This document shows, in pieces, positions 7,793-17,989 of a stretch of 64,000 nucleotides of DNA (its first letter is position 1; each line of letters starts with the position of its first letter). Origin of the DNA: Minisyncoccota bacterium (lineage in GTDB: Bacteria > Patescibacteriota > Minisyncoccia > Phycocordibacterales > CALRHW01); NCBI GenBank assembly GCA_046350795.1, contig JAXLZT010000001.1, positions 309,780-373,779 on the forward strand. Reading direction: 5' to 3'. The notes under the pieces are model-generated. The model did not search any database and had not been told where the DNA came from. It saw only the letters and a list, made by a program, of their open reading frames with translations. The translations under genes and the position numbers were made by a program.

Positions 7793-10279
7793 ATGTTTTT
7801 AATAGACAAGATAATAGGCAGTCAAAACGATAAAGCCATCAAGAAGCTTCATCCCATAGTAGATAAAATCAATTCTTTTGAAACAGAGTTTGAAAAGCTG
7901 TCTATAGAGCAAATGGCCTCTAAAACAGCTGATTTTAAGGCTAGGCTCACAAAAGGTGAGACTTTGGACGATATCTTACCAGAAGCTTTTGCTCTGGTGC
8001 GAGAGGCTTCAAAACGCACCCTAAATCAGCGTCACTTTGACGTGCAACTCATGGGAGGCATAATATTGCACCAGGGTGGTGGAGCGGAAATGCGTACCGG
8101 AGAGGGAAAGACTCTCGTAGCGACCCTACCTGCTTATCTCAATGCGCTTTCTGGTAAGGGTGTGCATGTGGTCACTGTAAATGATTACCTTGCGCGTCGT
8201 GACTCTGCTTGGATGGGACAAGTATATTCTTTACTTGGATTATCTGTGGGTGTATTAAATCATGAAGCATCATATCTGTATGATCCAAAACACACTGAGC
8301 TAGATAAAGAGAGAGATGAAACGGGATCATTTAAAGTTGTGCATGAGTTTTTGCGTGGCGTGACTCGTAAAGAGGCATACAATGCAGATATTACTTATGG
8401 AACCAACAATGAATTCGGTTTTGATTATTTGCGTGACAATATAGAGTATGATCCAGCTCGTCTGCGACAGCGCGAGCACAATTTTGCTATTATCGATGAA
8501 GTCGACTCTATTTTAATAGATGAAGCGCGTACTCCGCTCATCATTTCTGCGCCGACAAGCGAATCAGAAGATTTATACAAGACTTTTGCCGGTATTGCCG
8601 CAAAAATGGAAAAGGAAAAACATTTTTCTATAGATGAAAAAATGCGCGCTATCACTCTAAATGATGAAGGAATTAATTTTGCCGAAAAACTTTTGGGAAT
8701 AGAAAATATTTATACAGAAAAAGGTATAAAGTATGTACATCATCTGGAGACTGCAGTGCGCGCAAAGGCTCTTTTTGAAAAAGATAAAGAATATGTAGTA
8801 AAAGATGACGAGGTAATAATCGTTGATGAATTCACCGGACGACTTCAGCCCGGACGTAGATGGTCTGAAGGCTTACATCAGGCGGTAGAGGCAAAGGAGG
8901 GAGTAAGTATTCAAAAAGAATCTCGTACCTACGCTTCTATTACATATCAAAATTATTTTAGACTATATAAAAAGCTTGCGGGTATGACTGGTACAGCGAT
9001 GACTTCTTCGGAGGAGTTTTACAAAGTTTACGGTTTGACCATTATAGCTGTGCCTACTCACAGACCACCACAAAGAAAAGATCTAAATGACTTTATTTTC
9101 CAGACTGAGCAGGGCAAGTTTAAGGCTGTAGCGAGAAAAATAAAAGAGTTGCATGATGCTGGACGACCGGTGCTTGTGGGTACTGTATCTATTGATAAAA
9201 ATGAATTACTTTCAAAATATCTTTCAATTGAGGGTATACCTCATCAGGTCTTGAATGCTAAAAACCACGAGAAAGAGGGAGAAATCATATCCCAAGCGGG
9301 AAAAAAGGGTGCCGTGACCATAGCTACCAACATGGCAGGCCGTGGAGTGGATATTAAGCTTGGTGGCAATCCAACAACCACTGAGTTATATGAAGAGGTA
9401 AAAAAACTCGGTGGTCTTTTTGTCCTTGGTACGGAGCGACACGATGCTCGTCGTATAGACAATCAGCTTCGTGGACGATCTGGGCGACAGGGTGATCCTG
9501 GAGAAACTCAATTTTTTGTATCCCTAGAGGACTCTCTTATGCGTATTTTTGCTTCTGATACCATTAAAAAACTAATGGGTCGTTTTGGTATACCTGAGGA
9601 TGAGCCTATACAAAACCGTCTTATTACTCGCTCGCTTGAGACTGCTCAGACAAAAATAGAGGGTTTCAATTTTGATGCAAGAAAGCATGTGCTTGAGTTT
9701 GATAACGTTTTAAATTATCAAAGAAAGATTGTGTATGAGCGACGTAGGAAAATTTTATTTAGTACAAAAGAAGATTTGGTGGAGTACATGACTTCTCTTA
9801 CCGAGGGTCTGTCAGAAGATGAAAAAACAAAGATTTTAGAAAAAATAAAACTAATAAATAGCGATGATGCTTTTGCTTTGACGGTACGTCGACTGATTTT
9901 ACAGGCTATAGATATGTTTTGGATTGAGCATCTGGAAATCATGGATTATATGCGATCGAGTGTAAATCTACGCGCATATGGTCAGCGTGATCCACTCGTT
10001 GAGTACAAAAGAGAGGGCTTGCGACTATTTAAAGAAATGGAAGATGCAACCCAAAATGAAATACTAAAACTTTTCCCAAATATAGAAAGTAATCTATATT
10101 TTAAAGAACAAGAAAATTTAAAAGAGGTTCATAAGCAAGCTTCTATTATTGGTAGCGGTGACGGAGGAAACAGGGCGGTTGTTGGTGCGGTGCGAAATGA
10201 ACAGGGAGAAAAAGTGGGTCGTAACGATCCATGTCCTTGTGGTAGCGGAAAGAAATATAAGCAGTGTCATGGCAAGTAA
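7793..10279 (+). CDS. secA: Preprotein translocase subunit SecA
   Basis: 'EMRTGEGKT', 'DEVDSILIDEARTPLIIS', 'ATNMAGRGVDI', C-terminal SEC-C 'GRNDPCPCGSGKKYKQCHG'. Confidence 0.98.
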   Translation: MFLIDKIIGSQNDKAIKKLHPIVDKINSFETEFEKLSIEQMASKTADFKARLTKGETLDDILPEAFALVREASKRTLNQRHFDVQLMGGIILHQGGGAEMRTGEGKTLVATLPAYLNALSGKGVHVVTVNDYLARRDSAWMGQVYSLLGLSVGVLNHEASYLYDPKHTELDKERDETGSFKVVHEFLRGVTRKEAYNADITYGTNNEFGFDYLRDNIEYDPARLRQREHNFAIIDEVDSILIDEARTPLIISAPTSESEDLYKTFAGIAAKMEKEKHFSIDEKMRAITLNDEGINFAEKLLGIENIYTEKGIKYVHHLETAVRAKALFEKDKEYVVKDDEVIIVDEFTGRLQPGRRWSEGLHQAVEAKEGVSIQKESRTYASITYQNYFRLYKKLAGMTGTAMTSSEEFYKVYGLTIIAVPTHRPPQRKDLNDFIFQTEQGKFKAVARKIKELHDAGRPVLVGTVSIDKNELLSKYLSIEGIPHQVLNAKNHEKEGEIISQAGKKGAVTIATNMAGRGVDIKLGGNPTTTELYEEVKKLGGLFVLGTERHDARRIDNQLRGRSGRQGDPGETQFFVSLEDSLMRIFASDTIKKLMGRFGIPEDEPIQNRLITRSLETAQTKIEGFNFDARKHVLEFDNVLNYQRKIVYERRRKILFSTKEDLVEYMTSLTEGLSEDEKTKILEKIKLINSDDAFALTVRRLILQAIDMFWIEHLEIMDYMRSSVNLRAYGQRDPLVEYKREGLRLFKEMEDATQNEILKLFPNIESNLYFKEQENLKEVHKQASIIGSGDGGNRAVVGAVRNEQGEKVGRNDPCPCGSGKKYKQCHGK

Positions 10280-10321
10280 GTGATAATTGGAAACAAATCT
10301 CCTGTGCTATAATCTTTCTAT

Positions 10322-10699
10322 ATGAAAGGGAAAATAATCACGATTATTGTTTTGGTTGTTTTGGCTGGTTTTTTGTATTTTTTAGTAACGACACCTGGTA
10401 AGAGTGGCAAGCTGGATAGTTTCGCTTCTTGTTTAAAAGATAGCGGAGTCACTTTTTACGGTGCTTTTTGGTGTCCACATTGTCGAGATCAAAAAGCTCT
10501 TTTTGGACGTTCCGCCAAAAATCTACCTTATGTAGAATGTTCTACTCCAGATGGCAACGGACAAACACAGGAGTGTAAAGATAAGGGTATAAAAGGATAT
10601 CCTACTTGGAATTTTAGTGATGGGAGTCGAAAAAGCGAGGTGCTGTCTCTGAATGATTTGGCAAGTATCACCGGATGCGCTCTTCCTGAAAATTTGTAA
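10322..10699 (+). CDS. Membrane-anchored thioredoxin-fold protein (VKOR-partner/DsbA-like)
   Basis: N-terminal TM, 'FYGAFWCPHC', 'YVEC', 'GYPTW'. Confidence 0.8.
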   Translation: MKGKIITIIVLVVLAGFLYFLVTTPGKSGKLDSFASCLKDSGVTFYGAFWCPHCRDQKALFGRSAKNLPYVECSTPDGNGQTQECKDKGIKGYPTWNFSDGSRKSEVLSLNDLASITGCALPENL

Positions 10700-10703
10700 A
10701 AAC

Positions 10704-11243
10704 ATGAATGAAATTATATCAATGATATTTTCTTGGGGGACTCTTTTTGCCCATATTTTCATTGTAATTTTTGTTTTATTTTTACTTATACGAAACAGTC
10801 TAGCCGATAAAATAATTTCTTTTGTTGGTGAGCATGTTTTGTTTTTGTCTTTCCTTGTGTCTCTTGGTGGATTGATTGGAAGTTTAGTATATTCTGAAGT
10901 TGTTGGTTTTACACCTTGTGTCTTGTGTTGGGTACAGAGATTATTTCTTTTCCCGCAGGTGGTATTGTTTGGGTCGGCTCTTTTATGGAAAGATAAAAAT
11001 ATTCTAAGATACACATACAGACTTTCTGTATTGGGTGCTTTGGTGGGTGCTTATCACGCTTTTACAAATCTTGGTGGTAAATCACTCACTCCTTGTACTT
11101 CTATGGGTGGGGAGTGTTCAAAAATTTACGTTTTAGAGTTTGGTTATATCACTATACCAATGATGTCTCTTACAATATTTATTGTTTTGATTCTAATGTT
11201 TATTGCCTCAAAGAGAAAAATCAGAACTTCTAATTTGGTATAA
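10704..11243 (+). CDS. Disulfide bond formation protein, DsbB/BdbC family
   Basis: 'PCVLCWVQR', second Cys pair 'PCTSMGGEC', 'GYITIPMMSL'; TM helices; start set at ATG 10704. Confidence 0.85.
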   Translation: MNEIISMIFSWGTLFAHIFIVIFVLFLLIRNSLADKIISFVGEHVLFLSFLVSLGGLIGSLVYSEVVGFTPCVLCWVQRLFLFPQVVLFGSALLWKDKNILRYTYRLSVLGALVGAYHAFTNLGGKSLTPCTSMGGECSKIYVLEFGYITIPMMSLTIFIVLILMFIASKRKIRTSNLV

Positions 11244-11255
11244 AAATACTTAAAA

Positions 11256-13964
11256 ATGAACGAGGATTTTTTAAAAAAAGATATATCTTGGTATAGTCAC
11301 GATACTTCAAGTGTATTTTCTATTTTGGATTCTGCGGAGCACGGTCTTTCAGAGACTGAGGCAAAAAAACGTTTAAATTCATTTGGTCCAAACAAACTTT
11401 CTGATGCTCCTGTAGATGGCGCATTAAAGATTTTTATAAAGCAATTTCAGAGTCCTCTTATATATATTTTACTTTTATCTAGTCTAATAGTTTTCTTTCT
11501 AGGCGAAAGGGCTGATGCTTATATTATACTTCTTGTTCTTATTGCCAATGCATTTATAGGTTTTTTTCAAGAAGGTAAAGCACAAAACACTTTGGCTGCG
11601 TTGAAAAATTTTACAAAGACAGATGCCGTGGTTATAAGAGATTCCAGAGAAACCGTAGTATCTGACGAAGAAATAGTACCAGGAGACATTATTATACTTA
11701 GAGAGGGTGATAAACTTTCTGCTGATGTGCGTATAGTAGAATCTACAAATTTAAAGGTAGATGAATCCGCCCTTACAGGTGAGTCTGTCCCGGTTTTTAA
11801 AAACACACTGGTAATATCTCAAAAAAATGTGCCCGTGGCGGATCAGCACAACATGGCTTTTAAGGGCACATTTGTCTCTACTGGTACAGCTAGGGCTGTA
11901 GTGGTGGCTACAGGACTTAATACTGTTATAGGAAAAATATCAGAAAAAATAACCACAATAGATACTGATGCTCCACTAAAAAAAGATATAGAAAAACTTT
12001 CTAGGTTTCTCAGTGTCCTTGTATTAGCAGTGAGTGTGATTGTATTTATGCTTGGATTGTATTTTGGAAATTCTGCTCGTGATATGTTTTTCACTTCTGT
12101 AGCTGTGGCTGTGTCCTTGGTGCCCGAAGGTTTACCCATTGTTATTACTCTCGTGCTCGCTACTGGTGTATACAGGATGGCTAAGAGAAACGCTCTAATA
12201 AAAAAGCTTCAAGCTGTAGAATCACTTGGTCAAGCTACTATTATTGCTGTAGATAAGACAGGTACTATTACAAAAAATGAACTTATGGTAGAGCGTGTTT
12301 TTGTGTCCGGTAAAACTTTTGAGGTGTCTGGTGATGGTTATTCTTCAAAAGGAGAGATTCATTTAGATGGAAAAGAGATAGATTTTGCAAATCATCCAGA
12401 GCTACTTTTTATGGGAAAAATCTCTGCTTTTTGTGCAGATGCCAGAGTATCATTTTTAGAAAAAGAAGGTGTGTGGAAAGTATCAGGAGATCCCACAGAG
12501 GCGGCAATGCTTGTGTTTGGTGAAAAGGTTGGTTTCAACAAAGATGATCTGGAGCAAGAAGAGCCAAAGATAATGGACATTCCTTTTGACGCAGTGACAA
12601 AATTTCACACTACGGTTCATTTAATAAAAAAGAAAACATTTTTGTCTGTGGTTGGTGCGCCAGAAACCATATTATCTTTAGTAAACTTTATACAGGCCGA
12701 TGGTCAAAATAAAAAGATTACTGAAAAAGAACGTACAGAAATAGAGGCAGAAATACACAAGCTTTCAAGGCGGGGTTTGCGCGTCATCGCTTGTGCTGTC
12801 AATCAAAATGCGGGAAACGACATAAAGCTAGATGCTCTTCCGGCACTTACTTTTGTGGGTCTTCTAGGAATGCGTGATGTTCTGCGAGAAGATGTAGCCG
12901 AATCCGTCGCATCTGCTCAGGATAGTGGTATCAGGGTGGTGATGATTACCGGTGATCATGTGGTTACTGCAGAAGCTTTGGCTCGAGAAGCCGGTATTTT
13001 TAAATCTGGTGATAAGGTCATGACAGGCAAGGAACTAGAGAGTATGACAGCAAATGAATTATCTCATCATTTAAGTGATGTATCTGTATTTGCTCGCGTG
13101 ACCCCCGAACACAAATTAAAAATTATTGAGGCATATAAATTGCGCGGTGACATTATTGCTATGACGGGTGATGGTGTAAATGATGCACTTTCTTTGGTTG
13201 CTGCTGATTTGGGTATTGCTATGGGTAAAACTGGTACTGAAGTGACAAAAGAAGCCGGTGACATTGTTTTGCTTGACGATAATTTTAAGAGTATTATTTC
13301 GGCCATAGAAGAAGGGCGTAATATATATGCAAGTATAAAAAAGGTAATGCTTTATCTTTTTTCTACAGGCGCTGGCGAGCTCTTTGTGGTAGTAGGGGCG
13401 CTTTTACTCATTTTACCTTTGCCTCTTTTGCCAAGCCAAATACTTTGGCTCAATCTAGTGACTGACGGCTTTCTAGTGGTGGCTATGGCTATGGAACCTA
13501 GAGAAAAGCTTGGTGGAAAACGTGCTCAGGGTCATAATAGTTTTTTCATCAACAAGACTGCACTCATTAGAATTATAACAATGAGTCTAACTATGATGAT
13601 TGGTACTTTGTATATTTTTAGTCAGATACACTCTTTCAATATGGAAAAGGGTTGGACGATGGCCCTTACTACTTTGGCGATATTTCAGTGGTTTAACGCT
13701 TGGAATTGTCGTCGCGAAAGTCACTCTGTGTTTTCAAAAAATATCTTTTCCAATATTTATCTCGTTGGTGCTACTGTGATCGTAATAGCTTTACAGATTT
13801 TTGCGGTTTATAATCCATTTATGCAAAAGATACTTCATACCACTCCACTCACTTTATCTGAGTGGGCGTTGATGCTTTTGGTATCATGTAGTGTCGTCTT
13901 GGTAGAGGAGATAAGAAAGTTTTTTGCTAGACGTGGAAATAAAAATTTGCAGGTGGTTTGCTAA
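11256..13964 (+). CDS. Cation-transporting P-type ATPase (Ca2+/PMR1-like)
   Basis: 'TGES', 'VPEGLP', 'DKTGT', 'MITGD', 'TGDGVND'. Confidence 0.93.
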   Translation: MNEDFLKKDISWYSHDTSSVFSILDSAEHGLSETEAKKRLNSFGPNKLSDAPVDGALKIFIKQFQSPLIYILLLSSLIVFFLGERADAYIILLVLIANAFIGFFQEGKAQNTLAALKNFTKTDAVVIRDSRETVVSDEEIVPGDIIILREGDKLSADVRIVESTNLKVDESALTGESVPVFKNTLVISQKNVPVADQHNMAFKGTFVSTGTARAVVVATGLNTVIGKISEKITTIDTDAPLKKDIEKLSRFLSVLVLAVSVIVFMLGLYFGNSARDMFFTSVAVAVSLVPEGLPIVITLVLATGVYRMAKRNALIKKLQAVESLGQATIIAVDKTGTITKNELMVERVFVSGKTFEVSGDGYSSKGEIHLDGKEIDFANHPELLFMGKISAFCADARVSFLEKEGVWKVSGDPTEAAMLVFGEKVGFNKDDLEQEEPKIMDIPFDAVTKFHTTVHLIKKKTFLSVVGAPETILSLVNFIQADGQNKKITEKERTEIEAEIHKLSRRGLRVIACAVNQNAGNDIKLDALPALTFVGLLGMRDVLREDVAESVASAQDSGIRVVMITGDHVVTAEALAREAGIFKSGDKVMTGKELESMTANELSHHLSDVSVFARVTPEHKLKIIEAYKLRGDIIAMTGDGVNDALSLVAADLGIAMGKTGTEVTKEAGDIVLLDDNFKSIISAIEEGRNIYASIKKVMLYLFSTGAGELFVVVGALLLILPLPLLPSQILWLNLVTDGFLVVAMAMEPREKLGGKRAQGHNSFFINKTALIRIITMSLTMMIGTLYIFSQIHSFNMEKGWTMALTTLAIFQWFNAWNCRRESHSVFSKNIFSNIYLVGATVIVIALQIFAVYNPFMQKILHTTPLTLSEWALMLLVSCSVVLVEEIRKFFARRGNKNLQVVC

Positions 13965-13982
13965 CGTGTTATCTTCAGATAA

Positions 13983-14873
13983 ATGAAAAAGATAAAAGTT
14001 GTTACTCATAATGGTGATTTTCACAGCGATGATGTGTTTGCTGTAGCTATTCTTCAGGTGGTTTTCGGCAAGGATAACATAGAAGTCTTACGTACTCGTG
14101 ACGAATCATTTTTTGATTCTGCTGATATTTTGCTTGATTTGGGTGGTATATATGATGAAGAAAAAAACAGATTTGATCATCATCAGTCTGGCGGAGCGGG
14201 TCAGAGAGAAAACGGTATACCATATGCATCTGCTGGTCTAGTTTGGAAAAAGTTTGGTGAGCAGATTTGCGGAAGCAAAGAGATTGCTTTGTCTGTTGAT
14301 GAAAAACTTTTCTTACCGATTGATGCAAATGATAACGGTGTAAATATTTACGGATCAATTTTTGGTGATTTTTTGCCATACACTATTCAGGATCTGGTTA
14401 ATATTTTCCGTGCTACATGGAAAGAAGAAAAATCTTTAAATGATGAAAGGTTTATAGATGTTGTCTCTTGGGCTCAGAAAATAATAGAAAGAGAGGTCTT
14501 GCTTGCAAAACATTACAAAGAGGCAGAAGCTCTGGTAGAGCAGGATTATCAAAGAGCAGAAGATAAAAGGTTGATAATCCTTAATGGAAAATATCCTTGG
14601 TCAAAAGTCCTTATGAATCACCCAGAACCTCTTTTTGTGGTCTATCAGGATGGCGTAAATGATTTTTGGAGAGTAAAGGCTGTCGGAGAGGATAAGCAAG
14701 TATTTAAAAATAGAAAAGATTTTCCCGCATCTTGGGCTGGTAAAAGAGATGCTGAATTGGCAGAGATTACAAAAGTTCCTGATTCTTTGTTTTGCCACAA
14801 CAAGCTTTTTCTCGCTGTTGCTAAATCAAAAGAAGGCGCTCTCGCTTTGGCAAAGATTGCTTTAGAAAATTAA
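13983..14873 (+). CDS. MYG1 family (DHH-like) exonuclease/hydrolase
   Basis: 'THNGDFHSDDVFA', 'RFDHHQ', 'SAGLVWKKFG', 'FCH'. Confidence 0.88.
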   Translation: MKKIKVVTHNGDFHSDDVFAVAILQVVFGKDNIEVLRTRDESFFDSADILLDLGGIYDEEKNRFDHHQSGGAGQRENGIPYASAGLVWKKFGEQICGSKEIALSVDEKLFLPIDANDNGVNIYGSIFGDFLPYTIQDLVNIFRATWKEEKSLNDERFIDVVSWAQKIIEREVLLAKHYKEAEALVEQDYQRAEDKRLIILNGKYPWSKVLMNHPEPLFVVYQDGVNDFWRVKAVGEDKQVFKNRKDFPASWAGKRDAELAEITKVPDSLFCHNKLFLAVAKSKEGALALAKIALEN

Positions 14874-14914
14874 CACTTGAAAACTAGCCAAAATACTATA
14901 GTATCAAGTGTATT

Positions 14915-15883
14915 GTGGCATTTATTGATGAGCTAAAATTATATATAAAAGCGGGCGACGGTGGCAACGGCGTTGTTCGTTGGCGTCAGGAAAAGGGCAA
15001 AGACAAGGCCGGAGCTGCTGGTGGCAATGGTGGTGGCGGTGGAAGTGTATATGTACAGGCTGTACGCGACCTGGCTATTTTCCGTAAATATAAACATATA
15101 AAAGAAATTGTTGCAGAAAATGGTGGTCCTGGAATGAGAAATAGTATGCACGGTAAAAATGGTAAGGATCTCGTGATCGAGCTACCTATTGGCAGTGTGC
15201 TCACCAATCTTGCTAATGGTAAAAAATATAATCTTTTAAAAGACGGAGAAAAAATAATGATACTTGAGGGCGGTCGTGGCGGGCTCGGCAACGAACATTT
15301 CAAAGCATCTACAAATGTACGACCAAAAGAAAACACTCCTGGCAAAGAAGGGGAGTCTGCAGATTTTTTTATTGAGCTTGAGTTGGTAGCTGATCTGGGT
15401 CTAGTGGGTCTACCAAATGCTGGCAAATCCAGTCTGCTCAATGCACTCACCAATTCAAAAGCAACAGTGGGGAGCTATGAGTTTACAACGCTCGAGCCAA
15501 ACCTCGGTGATATGTACGGTTTTATTATTGCTGACATTCCTGGACTTATCGAAGGCGCATCGCAAGGTCGCGGTCTTGGACACAAATTTTTAAGACACAT
15601 AAAAAGGACGAGAATGATTCTGCACTGTATATCTTTGGAAAATGAAGATGTGGTTTCTGTCTATAAAACAATTCGTAAAGAGTTAAATGAATACAGTACG
15701 GAGCTTGCTTCAAAAAGAGAAATTATTTTACTTACAAAGACTGATTCTACTACGCCAGAAATTTTAAAAGAGAAGAAAAAAGCACTTGCGAAATTTAATA
15801 AAGATATATTTTCTGTATCTGTGCTTGACGATGCTTCTATAAAAGAGCTTAAAGATAGTCTAGTCAAAATGATGTCACAGTAG
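14915..15883 (+). CDS. obg: GTPase Obg/CgtA (short form lacking the C-terminal domain)
   Basis: Gly-rich Obg fold; 'GLPNAGKSS', 'FTTLEPNLG', 'DIPG', 'TKTD'; GTG start. Confidence 0.95.
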   Translation: MAFIDELKLYIKAGDGGNGVVRWRQEKGKDKAGAAGGNGGGGGSVYVQAVRDLAIFRKYKHIKEIVAENGGPGMRNSMHGKNGKDLVIELPIGSVLTNLANGKKYNLLKDGEKIMILEGGRGGLGNEHFKASTNVRPKENTPGKEGESADFFIELELVADLGLVGLPNAGKSSLLNALTNSKATVGSYEFTTLEPNLGDMYGFIIADIPGLIEGASQGRGLGHKFLRHIKRTRMILHCISLENEDVVSVYKTIRKELNEYSTELASKREIILLTKTDSTTPEILKEKKKALAKFNKDIFSVSVLDDASIKELKDSLVKMMSQ

Positions 15884-15923
15884 TGGGCGCATTTTTGTCG
15901 TGATAATATAAAGGTAATAAATT

Positions 15924-17369
15924 ATGTCTTCAGAATACAAACTCACAGTCGGCCTAGAAATACATGCTGAGCTCAAAACAAAGACAAAGATGTTTTGTAA
16001 CTCAAAGAATGATCCAGAAGAAAAGCGCCCAAACGTCAATATTTGTCCTGTGTGTATGGGTCATCCTGGTACTTTGCCAGTAATCAATAAAGAAGCGGTC
16101 AAGCATGTCATAAAGCTTGGCCTAGCTGTGGGAGGGGAGATAGCAGATTTTACAGAATTTGATAGGAAAAACTATTTTTATCCAGATATTCCAAAGGGAT
16201 ACCAGATAAGCCAATACAAGTATCCGCTTGTGAAAGGTGGCTCAGTGGCTGGCGTAGCCCTTACAAGAGTGCATTTAGAGGAGGATACAGCATCATCTTC
16301 ACATGATACGGGAGACTATAGTCTCGTTGATTTTAATCGTGCTGGCGTGCCACTAATGGAGCTTGTGACTGAGCCTGTGATACATAGCGCAGAAGAAGCT
16401 TCTCGTTTTGCAAAAGAACTCCAATTGCTATTGCAGTATCTTGGTGCTGGAGAAGCAAATCTAGAGAAAGGAGAAATGCGTGTGGAAGCAAATATTTCTG
16501 TAAGCAAAGAAGACGGTAAATTTGGAACAAAAGTAGAAGTAAAAAATCTAAACTCCTTTAAGGCAGTAGAAAAAGCTATTTTGTTTGAAATGGATAGACA
16601 AATTGAATTGCTTGAAGGTGGTGAGAAAGTCGCCCAAGAAACTCGCGGATGGGATGAGCACAAAGAGGTCACATTTTCTCAGAGAAAAAAAGAAGATTCA
16701 CATGATTATAGATATTTTCCAGATCCTGATTTACCAAAGCTTTATATTTCAAAGATTCCAGAATTCTCAAAAGAATTACTTTTGAGTACTATGCCTGAGC
16801 TTCCTTGGCAGAGGAGAGAGAGGTTTATAAAAGAATATGGAATGAAAATTGATGATGCAGAAATGTTTGTGAGACTTACTGCGCTTGGTTCTTATTTTGA
16901 ACTCGCTGTATCAGGATTTGAAGGGGATAAGAGACTTATCAAACTAACATCAAACTATATTATTTCAGATTTGATGGGACTCATAAAAGCGACAGGTACG
17001 GATGTGGCTATGGCACTTGTAAACTTGGGATCAAAAATAAAGGCAAGTAGTTTTGCTAACTTGGTCAAGATGGCGGGGGATGGCAAGGTATCATCTCGCG
17101 GAGCAAAAGATATTCTAAAGATTATGTATGAAGAGGGTGGTACACCAGAAGAAATAGCAACTAGAGAAAAACTTTTCCAGGAAAGTAATACAGACGCACT
17201 CAAAGTAATTATAGAAAAAATAATTTCTGATTATCCAGATGTAGTGGTTGATTATAAAAAAGGAAAAGAATCAGCGTTGCAGTTTTTTGTGGGGCAGGGA
17301 ATGAAGGCAACAAAAGGTTCTGCAAATCCATCAGTCTTAAAAGAAATTTTACTCGAGCTTTTAAAATAA
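15924..17369 (+). CDS. gatB: Asp/Glu-tRNA amidotransferase subunit B
   Basis: 'GLEIHAEL', 'FDRKNYFYPD', 'EVKNLNS', 'DYRYFPDPDL'. Confidence 0.97.
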   Translation: MSSEYKLTVGLEIHAELKTKTKMFCNSKNDPEEKRPNVNICPVCMGHPGTLPVINKEAVKHVIKLGLAVGGEIADFTEFDRKNYFYPDIPKGYQISQYKYPLVKGGSVAGVALTRVHLEEDTASSSHDTGDYSLVDFNRAGVPLMELVTEPVIHSAEEASRFAKELQLLLQYLGAGEANLEKGEMRVEANISVSKEDGKFGTKVEVKNLNSFKAVEKAILFEMDRQIELLEGGEKVAQETRGWDEHKEVTFSQRKKEDSHDYRYFPDPDLPKLYISKIPEFSKELLLSTMPELPWQRRERFIKEYGMKIDDAEMFVRLTALGSYFELAVSGFEGDKRLIKLTSNYIISDLMGLIKATGTDVAMALVNLGSKIKASSFANLVKMAGDGKVSSRGAKDILKIMYEEGGTPEEIATREKLFQESNTDALKVIIEKIISDYPDVVVDYKKGKESALQFFVGQGMKATKGSANPSVLKEILLELLK

Positions 17370-17374
17370 AAATA

Positions 17375-17414
17375 AACAAAAAACACCATCCAAATTTGGA
17401 TGGTGTTTTTTGTT
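17375..17414. terminator. Bidirectional terminator (perfect 40-bp palindrome)
   Basis: AACAAAAAACACCATCCAAA|TTTGGATGGTGTTTTTTGTT between convergent genes. Confidence 0.85.
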
Positions 17415-17422
17415 GTGCGAGC

Positions 17423-17665
17423 TTAGTCCTCTAAATGTAAAACGTTGAGTTTTTTTACTTGATTTTTATTTTTTCGTGTGTTTGAGTTTTTTGTTCCTAT
17501 TTCTGCGATAAAAGCTTCCACGTCTTCTCTACGATAAACTCGATAGTTATTGATCGGATGTCTGCTTGCTTCAAACTTACCAGATTTGTCCCAATTGCGT
17601 AATGTTAGGGTTGTAACCCCTAATATTTTTGCTGTTTGCTTAATTGTTAAGAATGAATCAGTCAT
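17423..17665 (-). CDS. Small MerR/BldC/Xis-like HTH DNA-binding protein
   Basis: 'LTIKQTAKILGVTTLTLRNWDKSGKF...NNYRVY'. Confidence 0.85.
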   Translation of the reverse strand: MTDSFLTIKQTAKILGVTTLTLRNWDKSGKFEASRHPINNYRVYRREDVEAFIAEIGTKNSNTRKNKNQVKKLNVLHLED

Positions 17666-17935
17666 TAATATAACCTATATAAACCTTAATAAATGTTACT
17701 AATATTGTAATTAAATTTGTATGGTTTATCAATGTTATTATCTGTTGATAACTTTATCGTAAAAATAATTTCATTTTTTGGTATGTAAAAATATTTAAGT
17801 TGATCTTAAAAATGTACTGTAAATTTTTTATTTGATGTAAGTGATTTCTGGGCTCCTAAGTCATATTTAGCAACATATTTTAATTTTTCCAAAGGAATAA
17901 AATATATACTCAAAAAAATCGAAAAAGATTATTTG

Positions 17936-17944
17936 TTATCCACA
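17936..17944 (+). promoter_or_regulatory. Perfect DnaA box TTATCCACA
   Basis: Exact consensus ~45 nt upstream of ATG 17990. Confidence 0.4.
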
Positions 17945-17989
17945 AAAAAATCGTTCAAAATGCTTGTTCGAAAAGTTATACTTATAGCA

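Noticed and set aside
17666-17989. oriC
   Set aside because: AT-rich with only one perfect DnaA box; no box cluster and no dnaA/dnaN nearby
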